64,000 nucleotides of DNA from a virus (taxonomy: Duplodnaviria > Caudoviricetes). Both the position numbers and the translations under genes were made by a program. The stretch is from positions 12,035-76,034 of IMG/VR virus record IMGVR_UViG_3300032216_000524. One strand, given 5' to 3'. Positions 28,513 to 37,759 of this stretch are shown one piece after another. Numbering within the stretch: the first letter of the stretch is position 1; each line of letters begins with the position of its first letter. The notes beneath the pieces are model-generated. The model was not told the origin of the DNA. It made no database searches and saw only the letters and a program-made list of their open reading frames with translations.

Positions 28513-28944
28513 TTAACCCCAATCGACTAATGTTAGTGCAGTGAATGGCCAATTCCAGTTTCCTTCGTATACGCTATATTCGCTAAATGCTAAACTACCG
28601 AGTGGAAGAAATATTGAATATTCCCAACCATCTGTTGGGAATAAAACAAACGCTGTGTTTGGAGAATGATCGGTACTACCAGATCCCCAGTTACCTTCGA
28701 ATAAAATATAACTTGTTGGCGGACCAGAAAGATTGTTTATATAATCTAACTGTTCTGCATTTAACTGTAATAAAATTTCTGAAGAACTCCCAGACTGCAC
28801 AAAACCATTAATAGTTAAAACGCTTGGATCAATAAAATCAATAACTTGATCTTGATGGAAAATCATAATGGATGGCGCAGCTTTTAAAGTTACGCCACCA
28901 TTTACTGTTGTGCCACCATTAATTGTGATTCCAGAAATAGACAT
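28513..28944 (-). CDS. Hypothetical protein (143 aa)
   Basis: AAGGA RBS; N-terminal ISGITINGGTTVNGGVTL resembles the N-termini of its neighbours. Confidence 0.65.
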   Translation of the reverse strand: MSISGITINGGTTVNGGVTLKAAPSIMIFHQDQVIDFIDPSVLTINGFVQSGSSSEILLQLNAEQLDYINNLSGPPTSYILFEGNWGSGSTDHSPNTAFVLFPTDGWEYSIFLPLGSLAFSEYSVYEGNWNWPFTALTLVDWG

Positions 28945-28954
28945 TATTTAATCC

Positions 28955-31900
28955 TTAGTATGTACCACCATCAATATCGAAACCAGATAAAACACTAGTA
29001 TCTGCGCCAGCACCAGTTAAATTCCCACCAACATAAATTTTCTTGGCAACAGACAAACCACCTGACATTACAACAGAGCCAGTTCCCAATGGACCAGCTT
29101 CAGTAGTGTCAGTGAATGTTACTAGGTTGTTAGCTGCAAGAGTTGTAAATGCACCAGCAGCACGAGTAGTAGAACCAATTGGTGTATTATCAACAGTACC
29201 ACCAGAGATAGTTAGGTCATTCGCAACATAAGTATCTGCGATCGCAGTACCTTGCCAAATACCAGTAGTGATAGTGCCAAGAGTTGTGATAGTATTTTGA
29301 CCAACATAAGTTGAAGCAATATCAACAGTATGAGTATTAACAGTAATGCGATCAGTAGTTCCACCAACTGTTAATACACCATTAGCATATGTTAAACCAT
29401 CACCAGCGAGAGATGATTTTAACTGTAACGCATCATCAGAAATCTCGATACCACCAGTTGTATTATTAACATTAACTGCTAAAGTATAACCAGACTTAAC
29501 TAAACCATCACCAGCAATTAGAGTACCAGAGGATGAGAACAATGTCCAGTCGATAGCAGTAACACCAACATCAACAACCTTAGTTGTTACAACGAAACCA
29601 GCATTTAAGTTTACAGAACCATCTTCAACGAAAGTAAATGCACCTGAAGTAACTTCAGTATTTTGATCGAAGTCAGTTGCACGAGTCCATGCACCAGAAT
29701 CATTAGCAATATAGATACCATTTTCAGAAGCAGTATCTTGATTTTTAACAAGGATACGATCGCCAGTAACAGTTGTCTTAGTGTCAATTGTTTTAACACC
29801 AGTCAATGCAATGTCAACAGTAGTTGCTAAACGAACTGATTGTTTAACATCAAGACCTGAACGAGCAGCATCAACATAGTATTTGGTAGCTGCGTCAGTA
29901 TCATCAGTTGGTTCTGCAACATTTTTAATTTGAGCATTAGAAGCAGAAACATAACCAGCGCCAATTGGTTCTAAGATAACATTAGCATCAGTACCAGCAT
30001 TGGTTGCTGTAATTACTGCACCATCAATCTCAATATTTGTAGCGTTATATGTAACTTCTTTAGTATCAGAGTTGTAGATTACAAACTGTGAACCAGCATT
30101 TACATTTCTGATTGGATCAATGAATAAACCAGCTTCATCTGGATTAATACCAGTACCATCGCCAGTGGCAGTTGCTTGAATAACGATAGAGTTATTGTGT
30201 TGGCTATATTCAGCAGCATGAGAACCGATTGCGATAGCATTAGTACCTTGACTGGTAGTATCGAATACACCTTGACCAGCATGGTGACCGATGGCAACAG
30301 CATAATCACCTTGACCATAACGACCAGCTAAACGACCGATAGCAACTGCTTTCTGTCCTTGGTATTGATCACCAGCCCAGCGACCGATGGCGATAGCGGA
30401 GAAATTTTGATTAGTATTACCAGCATCTTCACCGATGGCGATAGCAGTTAATTGTTGATTTAAGTAACCAGCATTATTACCGATAGCAACCGCATTTTGT
30501 TGTTGACTAGTATTACCAGCATTAACACCGATAGCAACTGCATTAGTACCTTGTGAAGTATTACCAGATCCAGCACCGATAGCAACTGCGCTACTTTGTT
30601 GATTTGATTCACCAGCCTGAGCACCAATAGCAACTGCGTAGCTACCTTGATTTAAATAACCTGCACCACCAACTGAAGAGTTTGGTGAAGAACCGATAGC
30701 GATAGCATCAGAACCTTGACCAGAATTACCAGCACGATTACCCATGGCAATCGCATTGTTACCTTGGTTAGTTGTACCAGCACGAGCACCGATAGAAATA
30801 GTATCCCAAGATTGACCATCTTGAGTAGTTGGTTGATAACCGATAGAAATTCTTTGCGAATAACCAGTTGCATCAACACCATTACCTAACAGGATAGAGT
30901 TGCTAGAACCATCAGAAAGAATAGCACCATGTGGTAACTCTAATGTTCCACCATTGGTATTAGTAAATGACCAACGAGCATTATTATTTGCAAAAAGAGT
31001 AATTGCATTGTTGAAGTTGTTAATATACAACTCACCATCGAATCCCATCTCGGCAACTTTATCGCCAGAGATATTGTTGGAGTCATACCATTGGAAACCA
31101 ACATCAGGTAATGTCAACCAACCAGCACCAGTGAATACTGCGTTTTTCTCAGTGCCATTAGAAGCAGCAAGGATAACATCACCAGTAGCGTCATTGGTTT
31201 CAACAACACCTGGAATTACTAAGTGACCATCAGAGTTTCTGAAAGTAACTTCGCCAGAATCGTTCTTTAATACGATGTCATTGTTATCGGTGCGTAGATA
31301 AATCTTACCATTGTTCCTTGCATAAAGAGCAATATCATTTGCGCTATCGTAGTAACCAGCATCTGGTCCACCAATGTCGATATATGATTCACCATTGTCG
31401 TAGTTACCAAGAGTTAAACCACCATCAGATCCGTTCCAAATATTGAATCTGTCTGAATTATCCCAGTTACTAAAGTGTAATAATGCATTAAGATTTCCGC
31501 TTGGTTTTAAAACAAATGCATTATTATTTTCTGCCCAAAATTGAGCATCGCTTACACCAGAATCCGCAGTATTAATATCTGGGAAACCAATTTTACCGTC
31601 TAAAGCAAATTTCCAGTATTGAGCAACTGAACTACCAGTCCACTGGGCATTCTTAATCCACACACCATCATATTGTGCATCAACTTGGCTGTAACGAGAA
31701 ACATCGTAGTCATGCCATCTTAAAGATGAACGACCAGCATTTGCATCACCAGCACTATTTGAAGACTGGATTAAGAATCCTTGACCTTGAGTTACTGGAG
31801 TTGCACGAATTGCATTATTTGGATAACCCCATGTGTCGAACTTGATAGCATCGGTGCCACCATTCCAAGCAAGTTGAGCAGCGACACCTTCATTAGAATT

Positions 31901-32857
31901 ACCACCAGAACCAAACAATAAAGTATCAGCATTTAATGTGGCAGATGTTGTACCAGATAATTTGAGGATCTCTTCATTATTGGTATAAAGAGAAAGGATG
32001 CCATCAGAAACGCTGAACATACCAGTATCATAACCAGTATCATCAGCAAAACTATAACCAGTAGTACCAGTGCCAGTAGGATTACCATTGGCAGCGAGAT
32101 ATGCGCTAGAACTAACTTCATCGATACCGTAAAGATTACCACCAACAAACAAGTTACCTTGGATAGATGCACCACCAGCAACTTTCAACGCACCAGTTGT
32201 GCCATCAGAAGTAGTTGCAGTTGTGGTTTTGATATCAATTCCATCACCATTTACAGTAACAACATTAGTTGAGTCGGAATAGAATTTGATATCACCAGTA
32301 TTTAATGCAGTTACATATGTGTTTTGGTCAATTGAACGAACACCACCGAGTGATGACCAGTTTGTTCCATCGTAACCTTCAAAAGAAGTATTAGTTGTAT
32401 TGAAACGAATAGCACCAGAAACATTAGGTGCTTGCTGTAGTGAAGTTCCTTTTGGAATTACTAAAGCGTTTGTTCCAGAGATAGTAACATAACCATCACC
32501 ATCAGGTGTTAGAACAATGTTACCATCAGTATTTGTTGAACTGATTGTGTTACCATTAAAGTCTAGATTATCAACTTTAAGGTTATTGATTCTATTATCA
32601 CTATCTGTAATAATAGCAGAATTTGCAGTTAGAGTACCAGGAGTATGATCTAATTTGTCAGTGAAATATTTACCACCGATAACGATATGGTTTGCTGCAT
32701 TACCTGCAGTCTCTACACCCATACCAATGTATAAACGATCGCCACTACCTGCAAACTCTCCAGTCGCTTCTTTATTTGAATACGCTAATTCGCCAGTACC
32801 CAGTGTCGCTGGATTACCAGAGTTATTACTGCGTTTAATTCGGATGATTGATGCCAT
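28955..32857 (-). CDS. Tail fibre/adhesin (1300 aa) with a YadA-head-like A(V/I)AIG repeat block
   Basis: N-terminal IIRIKRS....P.TL..GELAYS; about 12 repeats of NQG..A(V/I)AIG..AG; NVAEPTDDTDAATKYYVD neck-like motif; C-terminal IDGGTY. Confidence 0.88.
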   Translation of the reverse strand: MASIIRIKRSNNSGNPATLGTGELAYSNKEATGEFAGSGDRLYIGMGVETAGNAANHIVIGGKYFTDKLDHTPGTLTANSAIITDSDNRINNLKVDNLDFNGNTISSTNTDGNIVLTPDGDGYVTISGTNALVIPKGTSLQQAPNVSGAIRFNTTNTSFEGYDGTNWSSLGGVRSIDQNTYVTALNTGDIKFYSDSTNVVTVNGDGIDIKTTTATTSDGTTGALKVAGGASIQGNLFVGGNLYGIDEVSSSAYLAANGNPTGTGTTGYSFADDTGYDTGMFSVSDGILSLYTNNEEILKLSGTTSATLNADTLLFGSGGNSNEGVAAQLAWNGGTDAIKFDTWGYPNNAIRATPVTQGQGFLIQSSNSAGDANAGRSSLRWHDYDVSRYSQVDAQYDGVWIKNAQWTGSSVAQYWKFALDGKIGFPDINTADSGVSDAQFWAENNNAFVLKPSGNLNALLHFSNWDNSDRFNIWNGSDGGLTLGNYDNGESYIDIGGPDAGYYDSANDIALYARNNGKIYLRTDNNDIVLKNDSGEVTFRNSDGHLVIPGVVETNDATGDVILAASNGTEKNAVFTGAGWLTLPDVGFQWYDSNNISGDKVAEMGFDGELYINNFNNAITLFANNNARWSFTNTNGGTLELPHGAILSDGSSNSILLGNGVDATGYSQRISIGYQPTTQDGQSWDTISIGARAGTTNQGNNAIAMGNRAGNSGQGSDAIAIGSSPNSSVGGAGYLNQGSYAVAIGAQAGESNQQSSAVAIGAGSGNTSQGTNAVAIGVNAGNTSQQQNAVAIGNNAGYLNQQLTAIAIGEDAGNTNQNFSAIAIGRWAGDQYQGQKAVAIGRLAGRYGQGDYAVAIGHHAGQGVFDTTSQGTNAIAIGSHAAEYSQHNNSIVIQATATGDGTGINPDEAGLFIDPIRNVNAGSQFVIYNSDTKEVTYNATNIEIDGAVITATNAGTDANVILEPIGAGYVSASNAQIKNVAEPTDDTDAATKYYVDAARSGLDVKQSVRLATTVDIALTGVKTIDTKTTVTGDRILVKNQDTASENGIYIANDSGAWTRATDFDQNTEVTSGAFTFVEDGSVNLNAGFVVTTKVVDVGVTAIDWTLFSSSGTLIAGDGLVKSGYTLAVNVNNTTGGIEISDDALQLKSSLAGDGLTYANGVLTVGGTTDRITVNTHTVDIASTYVGQNTITTLGTITTGIWQGTAIADTYVANDLTISGGTVDNTPIGSTTRAAGAFTTLAANNLVTFTDTTEAGPLGTGSVVMSGGLSVAKKIYVGGNLTGAGADTSVLSGFDIDGGTY
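30190..30850 (-). repeat. 16-aa beta-helix/beta-roll repeats (xxNQGxxAVAIGxxAG)
   Basis: About 12 tandem degenerate copies, with DNA core accgatagcaactgc / accgatggcgatagc recurring at roughly 48-nt spacing. Confidence 0.88.
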
Positions 32858-32872
32858 TTTTATTCTTCTCCG

Positions 32873-33142
32873 TTAAAATTCCCCACCTTCCATAATCTGT
32901 AAATCCAGATTACGAGTGGCAGTCCATTTACTTGTTATTGTTTTGTATACTAATACCGAACCATTTTCTTTGCCTGAAGCATCAACATCATCTAAATTGC
33001 CAAGCGGAACCTGTCCTCCTGGAATACCTTGTGGTCCTCGTTGTCCACGAATACCAACTGAGGGTACTGTAGGAATAGAAGGAACATCAATAGATGCATT
33101 AATGTTTGGGTTCGATAAAACTGTTGCTGTTATATCTGCCAT
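32873..33142 (-). CDS. Small collagen-like adaptor protein (89 aa)
   Basis: GIRGQRGPQGIPG Gly-X-Y run; LGNLDDVD...NGSVLVY...KW module; C-terminal MEGGEF. Confidence 0.7.
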   Translation of the reverse strand: MADITATVLSNPNINASIDVPSIPTVPSVGIRGQRGPQGIPGGQVPLGNLDDVDASGKENGSVLVYKTITSKWTATRNLDLQIMEGGEF

Positions 33143-33148
33143 AGTAGT

Positions 33149-33490
33149 TTAAGTCTTTGTGATTTCTGGCGTTAAAATAACAAGACCTTCCAATGCACGA
33201 ATTTTTGCAAATTCTGGCGATGGAGAGGTCAACTCAATATCGTACAAGTATCTACCTGCCTGAATATTAGTGGTGTCGCTAGGATCAAGTTTTAACAAAA
33301 CTTGCCCAGCTGGTGCATCGTATATAGATGCTGTAAAATTTACTGCTGAAGAGGATTGATATGATTTGCGGAATTGGGATTTGACGGTGAAACCTTCCAA
33401 ATCCATTGGTGTTCCATCCTGATTTGTGAGCGAAATGATGCTACTAAATGTAGTTCCTTGATCGACCACTAAATTCGAAATTGTTGCCAT
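33149..33490 (-). CDS. Conserved small virion protein (BppU-N-like beta sandwich)
   Basis: NLVVDQGTTF..........DL.G.T..SQFRKSY.S....F..........V.L.L....T..I.AGRY.YD.E pattern common in aquatic T4-like fibre clusters. Confidence 0.7.
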   Translation of the reverse strand: MATISNLVVDQGTTFSSIISLTNQDGTPMDLEGFTVKSQFRKSYQSSSAVNFTASIYDAPAGQVLLKLDPSDTTNIQAGRYLYDIELTSPSPEFAKIRALEGLVILTPEITKT

Positions 33491-33513
33491 TAAAAGTCTC
33501 CAGCTTTATATCT

Positions 33514-33521
33514 TATTTATA
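33514..33521 (-). promoter_or_regulatory. Canonical T4 late promoter TATAAATA
   Basis: Exact TATAAATA in the intergenic gap upstream of the 113-aa gene. Confidence 0.8.
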
Positions 33522-33546
33522 ATTCCGAAGACTGCGTGTTGCAAGT

Positions 33547-35214
33547 TTATGTCACTACGACAACATAAATTCCGTTCCACCACTCATTCGAATTTTCTTG
33601 AGAATTCAAAATTTTCTTACTATACAACACTGATTTACCTGATTCAGCTATACCAGCATCTGCACCATCTACCACTCCATCCCAGTTGGCGTCATCAAAC
33701 ACCAAAACAGCTTCTTTCGCCAAAGATTTACTGTAGTATTTTACAGCTTCCTTTGTAGCTTCAAAGTCGTGTGGACCATCGTAGAAGAAGATATCAATAT
33801 CAGACAGTTTACTCGTATCTACAGAAAACAGATCGCAGTCATAAACGAATATTTTACTGTCTTTTTTATATCTTTTTACATTAGAAACAAAGGTATCTTT
33901 TGCATTTTCTGGTACAGATATATCATCTCTGGCTGGTTGAATCTGCTCTTTCCAGTTATCAACACAGTACAATTCTTTAGCATTACCTTCTAAGAAAGCT
34001 GCAGCAGTCGAACCAATAAACGAACCAATCTCTAAAACTTTAGAGTCTTTAATGGTAAGATTTTTCAGTAGAGTCTGAACTCTTGGTGAAGTCAACCCCT
34101 CAATATCAATATCGGTAGTAGCAATCCCAGAATCAAGAACAGCTTTAACTACATGCTTAACTACATCTGAGTTATGTATTGGAGATTTTTTATCATAAAT
34201 CTTATCGCAGTACTGACATTCCCAGCAGTCAAACTTACAGTTCTTAATCTTTTGGCGCCAGATAGTAATCGGCTTTTCAACCAGATTGTTATCGTTAATG
34301 TAATCGTTGAACCCATCAAAAAGGATTGGTTCATTTGCAGCCCACTTTTCTATAATAGCAAAAGTTTCCCACAACCGAGTTGCAGACTCACGACCATGCA
34401 TTTTAAATACATCAATACCAAGATCAAAAAACTCTTCCCAATCTTCTTTCCATGGAGGAAAATCTGCAGTCTTTAAACTAACCGCAGGATCTTCGTTATC
34501 CCACTTTGGGCAACTAACCCTACTAATTGGATCATTAAAGTACTGTGGTTGTTCACCATCTCGAGTATTATTGTAGTGGAAGTGTTCAACCATCATCGGA
34601 CACTTACCCAAACAACCTTCATTGGCTAGAAGACTATATGTCATTTCGATGCCAAGATTTTTCTTAATCCAGTCTTTTGCTTCCTTTAATCGTAGTAGGG
34701 TATCCCTATCACGCATTAAATCTCTATCCAAATTAACATAACGGAATCCTGCTTTTGCAAGATTTACAATTTCTGAAGCAGAAGAAACATCTCTTAGAAT
34801 TGTATTCTTAATATACAGTTCTGGATACCTTGCTTGAATCTGCCCAGTGGCTACCCAATGTGTATGCGGTAGCGTCACACAACGAACTCCAGCATCATAC
34901 AGTGGCTGAAAATTCTTAATAAACAAATCCAAATTCTGCTGAGTTGGTGCAACCTCTATATTATTAAAGGTAGCACTAACTGAAACTCCTGTCGCAGTCT
35001 GAATATACAAAGCAGCTTCGATCGCTTGCAATTTATCTTCTGCGATTGGAATAACATCACCCATAGCGTCTTGCCTAAATGGAGCAATCCGACTGGTAAA
35101 ATAAATGTCGTAGATGTAATCTTTATACTTTTCTACGAACTGAACAAACTTTTGAAATTCCTCTGCGCTTAATTTTGGGTTAAGCGGAATGCTGAATATT
35201 TTTTGGTTTCTCAT
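33547..35214 (-). CDS. Fusion of a U32-family Fe-S protein (UbiU/TrhP-like TIM barrel) and a class I SAM methyltransferase (Methyltransf_24-like)
   Basis: U32-like features: NLDRD, LANEGCLGKCP, SC..W, DVFKMHGRE (compare the KIEGR motif), then a CKFDCWECQYC cluster. C-terminal VLEIGSFIGS (SAM motif I) and FFYDGPH. Confidence 0.72.
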   Translation of the reverse strand: MRNQKIFSIPLNPKLSAEEFQKFVQFVEKYKDYIYDIYFTSRIAPFRQDAMGDVIPIAEDKLQAIEAALYIQTATGVSVSATFNNIEVAPTQQNLDLFIKNFQPLYDAGVRCVTLPHTHWVATGQIQARYPELYIKNTILRDVSSASEIVNLAKAGFRYVNLDRDLMRDRDTLLRLKEAKDWIKKNLGIEMTYSLLANEGCLGKCPMMVEHFHYNNTRDGEQPQYFNDPISRVSCPKWDNEDPAVSLKTADFPPWKEDWEEFFDLGIDVFKMHGRESATRLWETFAIIEKWAANEPILFDGFNDYINDNNLVEKPITIWRQKIKNCKFDCWECQYCDKIYDKKSPIHNSDVVKHVVKAVLDSGIATTDIDIEGLTSPRVQTLLKNLTIKDSKVLEIGSFIGSTAAAFLEGNAKELYCVDNWKEQIQPARDDISVPENAKDTFVSNVKRYKKDSKIFVYDCDLFSVDTSKLSDIDIFFYDGPHDFEATKEAVKYYSKSLAKEAVLVFDDANWDGVVDGADAGIAESGKSVLYSKKILNSQENSNEWWNGIYVVVVT

Positions 35215-36217
35215 TATAAAATTTAATTACACTCTCGGTTGGTTGATTTTCTTTACTCGCACCAATCGTACAACCCAAACAAATTCCATTACAACGAACT
35301 TTATAATGTAAACAGTTCAGGCACTCTGATGGAGTTCCATACTCGTTATATTTATCGACATATTGTCGATTCAATTCTGCTTTAATTTCTTCAACATTTT
35401 CATAGTCAAATAATTTCTTTAATTTAGTTTCTTCTTTAGTTGGATAACAACGAATCATTGTTCCGTCTGGAAACATGTCAGTTGGATACCATCCACAAGT
35501 ACTAGATTCTGGTTTTACATTTGTAGTAAAACTTCTGGGACTATTCCAAAGACAAGGAGGAACCTGACAATCAAAATACACAGTAAAATTATTCAACTCA
35601 GCTAGGTGAGTAATTTTATCAATTACCATACCTAACTTTTTATTGTTTATTACATAACTACCTGTAAGATCAATACCCAATCTAACGCAAGCAACTTTAC
35701 CCTGTAGTTCTTTTACTAACCACAGCAAATAATTGTAAGTAGTTTCATAATCTTTAGATAGAGTATAAGCCAAAAAGAATTTGGCATCTTTTCTTCTATC
35801 TATACCATACTTTTCTTTTACCAAGTCGTACAGAGTGTTGTAGTTTTTCTTAAACAACTTCATTCTGTTATGCTGGTCTAATTCCATCGCATTCGGAAGA
35901 AACCAGTTAAAGTGTTGTATATTGTCTACAATGTAATCAAGAGTTTCTTGCCCAAAAAGAAAGTTACTAATAAGATCTACTTTAAGATCTCGTTTAATAA
36001 CTTCATTAATGATACCTTGGAAATTACTATGCTGTGTTGGTTCTCCACCAAGAATTTTAACTTGGCCATCATACTTGTGGTGGTTTACATGGTCAAGAGC
36101 CTTGGAGAAGGTTTCAATGGACATTTCACCGAGAGCATCCTCTTTACGAGCAGACTCATCGGTGAAACAGAAGGTACAATTCTTGGCACAACTGCCAGTA
36201 ATCACATAGTTAATCAT
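35180..36217 (-). CDS. Radical SAM enzyme with SPASM/Twitch-like C-terminal domain
   Basis: CAKNCTFC (CX3CX2C), ILGGEPTQH, and C-terminal C...TDMFPDGTMIRC plus CLNCLHYKVRCNGICLGC. Confidence 0.9.
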   Translation of the reverse strand: MINYVITGSCAKNCTFCFTDESARKEDALGEMSIETFSKALDHVNHHKYDGQVKILGGEPTQHSNFQGIINEVIKRDLKVDLISNFLFGQETLDYIVDNIQHFNWFLPNAMELDQHNRMKLFKKNYNTLYDLVKEKYGIDRRKDAKFFLAYTLSKDYETTYNYLLWLVKELQGKVACVRLGIDLTGSYVINNKKLGMVIDKITHLAELNNFTVYFDCQVPPCLWNSPRSFTTNVKPESSTCGWYPTDMFPDGTMIRCYPTKEETKLKKLFDYENVEEIKAELNRQYVDKYNEYGTPSECLNCLHYKVRCNGICLGCTIGASKENQPTESVIKFYNEKPKNIQHSA

Positions 36218-36232
36218 ATAGAAAAGATTTTA

Positions 36233-36955
36233 TTACAAATCTATTTTTGGTGGTGGTACATCAATATCGTGAATATGCTTATAAGGATAAGCAGAGTAAC
36301 CTAATCTGTTGTTTGCCAAAAGGTGTAACTCATAGAGCGATTCACACTCTTTGATTTCTTTCTGAACAGTTTTTTGACGAACCAACAAATCAGCAATGGA
36401 TGTTTCATATTCTTCGATTTTTGCAAGAACAATATCCGCCATCGCAGAAACAGTAATACCTCTAACCTCAGCAAGCTGAGTCAAAATTGGAGCAGAAGCT
36501 GAAGAATCAGCTTTAACTGCTAATGCTTCTTGGCGTTGGGCTGGGAACAATTCTTTTTCAGCTTTTGGAACTCTGCTAGTAATTTGATCAAATTGATAAT
36601 TGTAGTATGTTTTGATTTCTTTGTTCAATACTATTCTTAGCAAATCCATTGCAGCAGATTTATCAGACTCAGTCAATGTATATGGAACTTTTTCAACATC
36701 AAGATCCATAGACTCTGCTGGAAACAATTCTTCAAATTGTCCAACACGCTTAACATTAATTGTATCTTTATAAGCCCAAGCAAATTTACAACCATCAGCC
36801 AACTCTTTTGTAATAACAGTTGCGTCTAATGTATCAAAATCTACATATGGTCTTGCTTCTTCAGCAATGAATGAAACAGTGTATGATAAGCAGGTTCCTC
36901 TTCTTAGTTCCCCTAGTACTGGAACATTTGGAATTGGTTTATACAGGATATACAT
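36233..36955 (-). CDS. Helical protein resembling tail-fibre-assembly chaperones
   Basis: Segment EKELFPAQRQEALA..AD.SA.APIL.QLAEVRGITVSAMADIVLAK...Y...I..L resembles the W..Q..EA...AD..A.TP.L..LA..RG motif of phage fibre-assembly proteins (recognised from memory). Confidence 0.55.
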   Translation of the reverse strand: MYILYKPIPNVPVLGELRRGTCLSYTVSFIAEEARPYVDFDTLDATVITKELADGCKFAWAYKDTINVKRVGQFEELFPAESMDLDVEKVPYTLTESDKSAAMDLLRIVLNKEIKTYYNYQFDQITSRVPKAEKELFPAQRQEALAVKADSSASAPILTQLAEVRGITVSAMADIVLAKIEEYETSIADLLVRQKTVQKEIKECESLYELHLLANNRLGYSAYPYKHIHDIDVPPPKIDL

Positions 36956-37714
36956 TTATAGAATCTCCAATGGCATTTCTAATTTTCTTGCATCTTGCAG
37001 GGTAGATGCATCTAACCCTAATTGTTTCTGAACTTCTTTTCGAATTACTTGCTGTTGATTTTCCAGTTTTAAAGAGAAGTCGTTTGCAATGGCAAACACA
37101 TGCGACTGAGTATCAACATCAAGGTTGCAAATGGCTTCCATATTACCAGAACCAATACGACCCATGGACAACATATCCATAGACGCTTGTTTAGCCAAAC
37201 GCAAAGTCCAATACTGTTTGTGGTACAATTCTTCTTCAGGAGTACCAAACACAGCAGTCAGTGGGCGACCATCTTGAGTTTTACCTTCAGGACTTTCCAA
37301 CAAAGTTTCAACCATTTTTAGCAGATAATCTCGCTCTTTGTAAGCATCTTTCAACATAACTTCTGTCTTCAAAAGATCTATTTGTTTCTTTTGAATCTCA
37401 TGTTCAATCAGTGCTTTTTGCGCTGGAGAAAATGTTTGTTCCAAATTCTCTTGCTCAATTGCAATTTCTAATTCAACTTTTTTCTTACTGTATAAAGTAA
37501 AAGAAATAACTTCCTCTCTTGAGGATATCTCCAATAACCATTGGCGCAATTTGCCAAATGGTGTAATTTCTTGATTGCCAACAAAATGTTCCAATTTAAA
37601 GAAAGGTGTTTCCCAGTTTTTGTTCAAGGAAAATGCAACCAAATCTTGTGAGGAAGCAGGTAAATAACTCACATCAGTTAGTGTAGGTCTTTTCAGTTCA
37701 ACGAGTGCGTTCAT
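36956..37714 (-). CDS. Hypothetical coiled-coil protein (252 aa)
   Basis: Intact ORF with AGGAG RBS and heptad-rich core; directly follows the paralogue triplet. Confidence 0.75.
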   Translation of the reverse strand: MNALVELKRPTLTDVSYLPASSQDLVAFSLNKNWETPFFKLEHFVGNQEITPFGKLRQWLLEISSREEVISFTLYSKKKVELEIAIEQENLEQTFSPAQKALIEHEIQKKQIDLLKTEVMLKDAYKERDYLLKMVETLLESPEGKTQDGRPLTAVFGTPEEELYHKQYWTLRLAKQASMDMLSMGRIGSGNMEAICNLDVDTQSHVFAIANDFSLKLENQQQVIRKEVQKQLGLDASTLQDARKLEMPLEIL

Positions 37715-37752
37715 TGTTTCTCCATAGTTTTAATAAAAGATAATAACATATC

Positions 37753-37759
37753 TATTTAG
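37753..37759 (-). promoter_or_regulatory. Late promoter (CTAAATA) heading the chaperone/enzyme cassette
   Basis: CTAAATA overlapping the stop of the 680-aa gene, 38 nt before the 252-aa ATG. Confidence 0.55.

Noticed and set aside
28945-28951. TTAAATA as a late promoter for the 143-aa gene
   Set aside because: It abuts the ATG and lies between an AAGGA RBS and the start, so it is more simply an AT-rich spacer.
33514-33545. Sigma70 promoter TTGCAA-N17-TATAAA overlapping the late promoter
   Set aside because: It lacks the highly conserved final T of the -10 box; the exact TATAAATA late motif explains the site.
33547-35214. Calling the U32 domain a collagenase/protease for the collagen-like 89-aa protein
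   Set aside because: Characterised U32 members are Fe-S hydroxylation factors; the Cys motifs favour that, and only a short Gly-X-Y run exists nearby.
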